Origin: Botryllus schlosseri | Lineage: Eukaryota | Assembly (NCBI GenBank): GCA_051294905.1 | Contig: CM119378.1 | Location: 2,792,001-2,856,000, forward strand | Length of the DNA stretch: 64,000 nucleotides | Direction: 5' to 3' | Part shown: positions 62,139 through 64,000 of the stretch, piece by piece | Layout of the letters: the number at the start of each line of letters is the position of its first letter | Position numbering within the stretch: position 1 is the stretch's first letter | Program-made: the position numbers and the translations under genes | Notes under the pieces: generated by a model | What the model was told of the DNA's origin: nothing | What the model saw: the letters and a program-made list of their open reading frames with translations, nothing else | Databases searched by the model: none

Positions 62139-63379
62139 CAGTGGTCGGGGACCTTTTTTTCCGAAGAGCCGTATAGGACCTATTTTTTCCATTTTAACTC
62201 CCAAAGAGCCATACATGCAAATCAGCTGTTTCGGCAAAATTGAAAATCTGTGACGTCATGGTAGCACTAATTCGAACCCACTACATGGGACTCGTCGAGT
62301 ACGCCACATTTTCTCCGAAAATACTGGTATTTTTACTGTTCGAAAATAAAGCTCGAAACGATAGTTAAGGCTCAGACGGGCCGAGCCTCACTCTTGATAA
62401 CGCAATCCATCGTAAATAGCTCAGAATATATTATAACAGATATTAATCAAATGTACCAGTCACACTGATTCCGAAAATCCAAGTACCGATCGACTGCTCG
62501 ATTCTCAAAGTGTTCGGCGGTATCAGAACGTTGCGCTGGACGGCTACTTTTAATCGCCGGTACCACAGAGCTAATTAGTAATTACGTGGATGGCTGTGAC
62601 GTTGTTTGTAATTCGAGTTTGTAATTGTGAATGTCACATCCACGGCAGTTCAATTCGCACCGTAGATCAGGAAGACAATGTGTATTTGAAAACTTAATTG
62701 TGATATGGGCGTTGCTAATATGTCTGCTATGATCTTTGATTATCAACGTATCGCACAATCCAGAATTTCGAGTCGAGTACATAAAATTCGCGACAGATAT
62801 TGGTCGCTGGCGAGACAGTAACTTAAATTTGAGGATTTTCGAAAGAGGGGGTCCGAGCCCCTAAACTGAAGACGGCATTGTCTCTACCTCTCAAGGACTT
62901 GTATAATTGTTTATACTGCCACGAGAATAGTTATTCTGGCCGTGATGAAAATTTACTAACAAGTGGCTGCAATATTGATCTATTCAGTACAAAAATAAAT
63001 ATTTGGCAAAGAGCCATATCTTATACCCGAAAGAGCCATATATGGCTCGCGAACCATAGGTTCCCGACCACTGAACTAGGCCGACAATTGACTTAGTTAG
63101 CGCATGTCCGTTATTATTGATATTGCAACAAACAACAGGGAAAACTGTAACTTGTAATTTATATGCTTGTATCGCATTTTGTGCCACAGTTGCAGGCCTA
63201 AAGATATTTGCAAGTATATTGTCAATTATTTTGAATTGCAATAGAGGAAAGGGCTACGACATAGGCTCATACATCGACAGTACTCTTTATGAATCGTCGA
63301 TAGGTCATTCAAATAAGTATTCGCTGGCCTCCTCCAAAGTTTGTGATAAAGTTTGCGAGTCATAGGCTCTCGACCACTG
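62139..63379. mobile_element. hAT (Buster-like) element with two right ends
   Basis: CAGTGGTCGGGAACC at the left end; right ends at 63073 and 63379; perfect TSD GCGTACGC at the distal end only. Confidence 0.88.
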
Positions 63380-64000
63380 GCGTACGCTGTCGTAGTAGTA
63401 GTAGTAGATTAATCTAATAGCAATGTATCTCTGTTTCTTAGACGAATCAGTGCTTACATTGCGCAATGCTCACCTTTACTAACTCACATGTATTATTTAA
63501 ATTGAACGAATAGAGTTTATGCGTATATATTCTCACGGGTGAGTAGAAGGGTAGGGTATTTTACCATATCAATCGGTTAAATCTTTGATCCCAACACTGC
63601 TTCCCAGGCCGTTCCCATATACGGTTATTGCATTGGGGCGAGATTTGTCCAGGGTTTATGTAATTTCTTTCCTCAAACGAAGTACTAGATATAGAAGTCT
63701 GCCGCGCGCCGAACGAATTTGTAAGCAGCACTATATGCGGTGAGGTAATACTCGTCACCTGGCTGACACTGCAAAAGCATGTTTATGAAAGCTAATTTCA
63801 TTTCTACAATCGCATGTGCAATACAACTAGCAGACTACAGGTACCATCTCAGAATTTCAAAAATATTGCAGGAACCACGTATTAGTCATCTATGTCATAT
63901 AGCACACGAACCTGCGCCAGCCTCACTTAAGCATGCGGATTAAAGTTAGAGTCATAGCTGAGATAGGATCAGGGTTAGTGTGGGGTTAGGGTTGCGGCTA

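Noticed and set aside
63966..64000. GGGTTA motifs as telomeric repeat
   Set aside because: Only two or three degenerate units at the window edge, inside an intron of an unfinished gene.

Overview
Eukaryotic, intron-rich, AT-rich animal DNA (invertebrate; an ascidian or similar is only a guess). Three layers are visible. (1) A cluster of spliced type-I membrane receptor genes that the ORF track misses. One can be assembled completely (+, 7759-22916: signal peptide, divergent CUB-like ectodomain, TM helix, tail with a canonical ITIM). A convergent, pseudogenised ~3-CUB paralogue lies on the - strand (~27420-24114; Glu inside the TM, YxxM and NxxY motifs). The last exon of a third paralogue is at 2393-2528, and a possible fourth remnant at 32.3-34.5 kb. 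(2) A tandem array of aromatic-L-amino-acid-decarboxylase (DDC/AADC-type) genes: a frameshifted fragment (30034-30607), a complete 11-exon 503-aa gene (36391-48438) and a second gene running off the window (54894->64000). (3) Dense, deeply nested mobile elements: a full-length degenerate Ty3/gypsy element (13144-18328) whose primer-binding site is complementary to its own LTR rather than to a tRNA end (Tf1-like self-priming signature), many non-autonomous hAT elements with 8-bp TSDs, an internally deleted RTE-like LINE and CR1/L2-like 3' ends. Exons were assembled by hand from splice sites and reading-frame phase; domain names come from motif recognition, not database searches.
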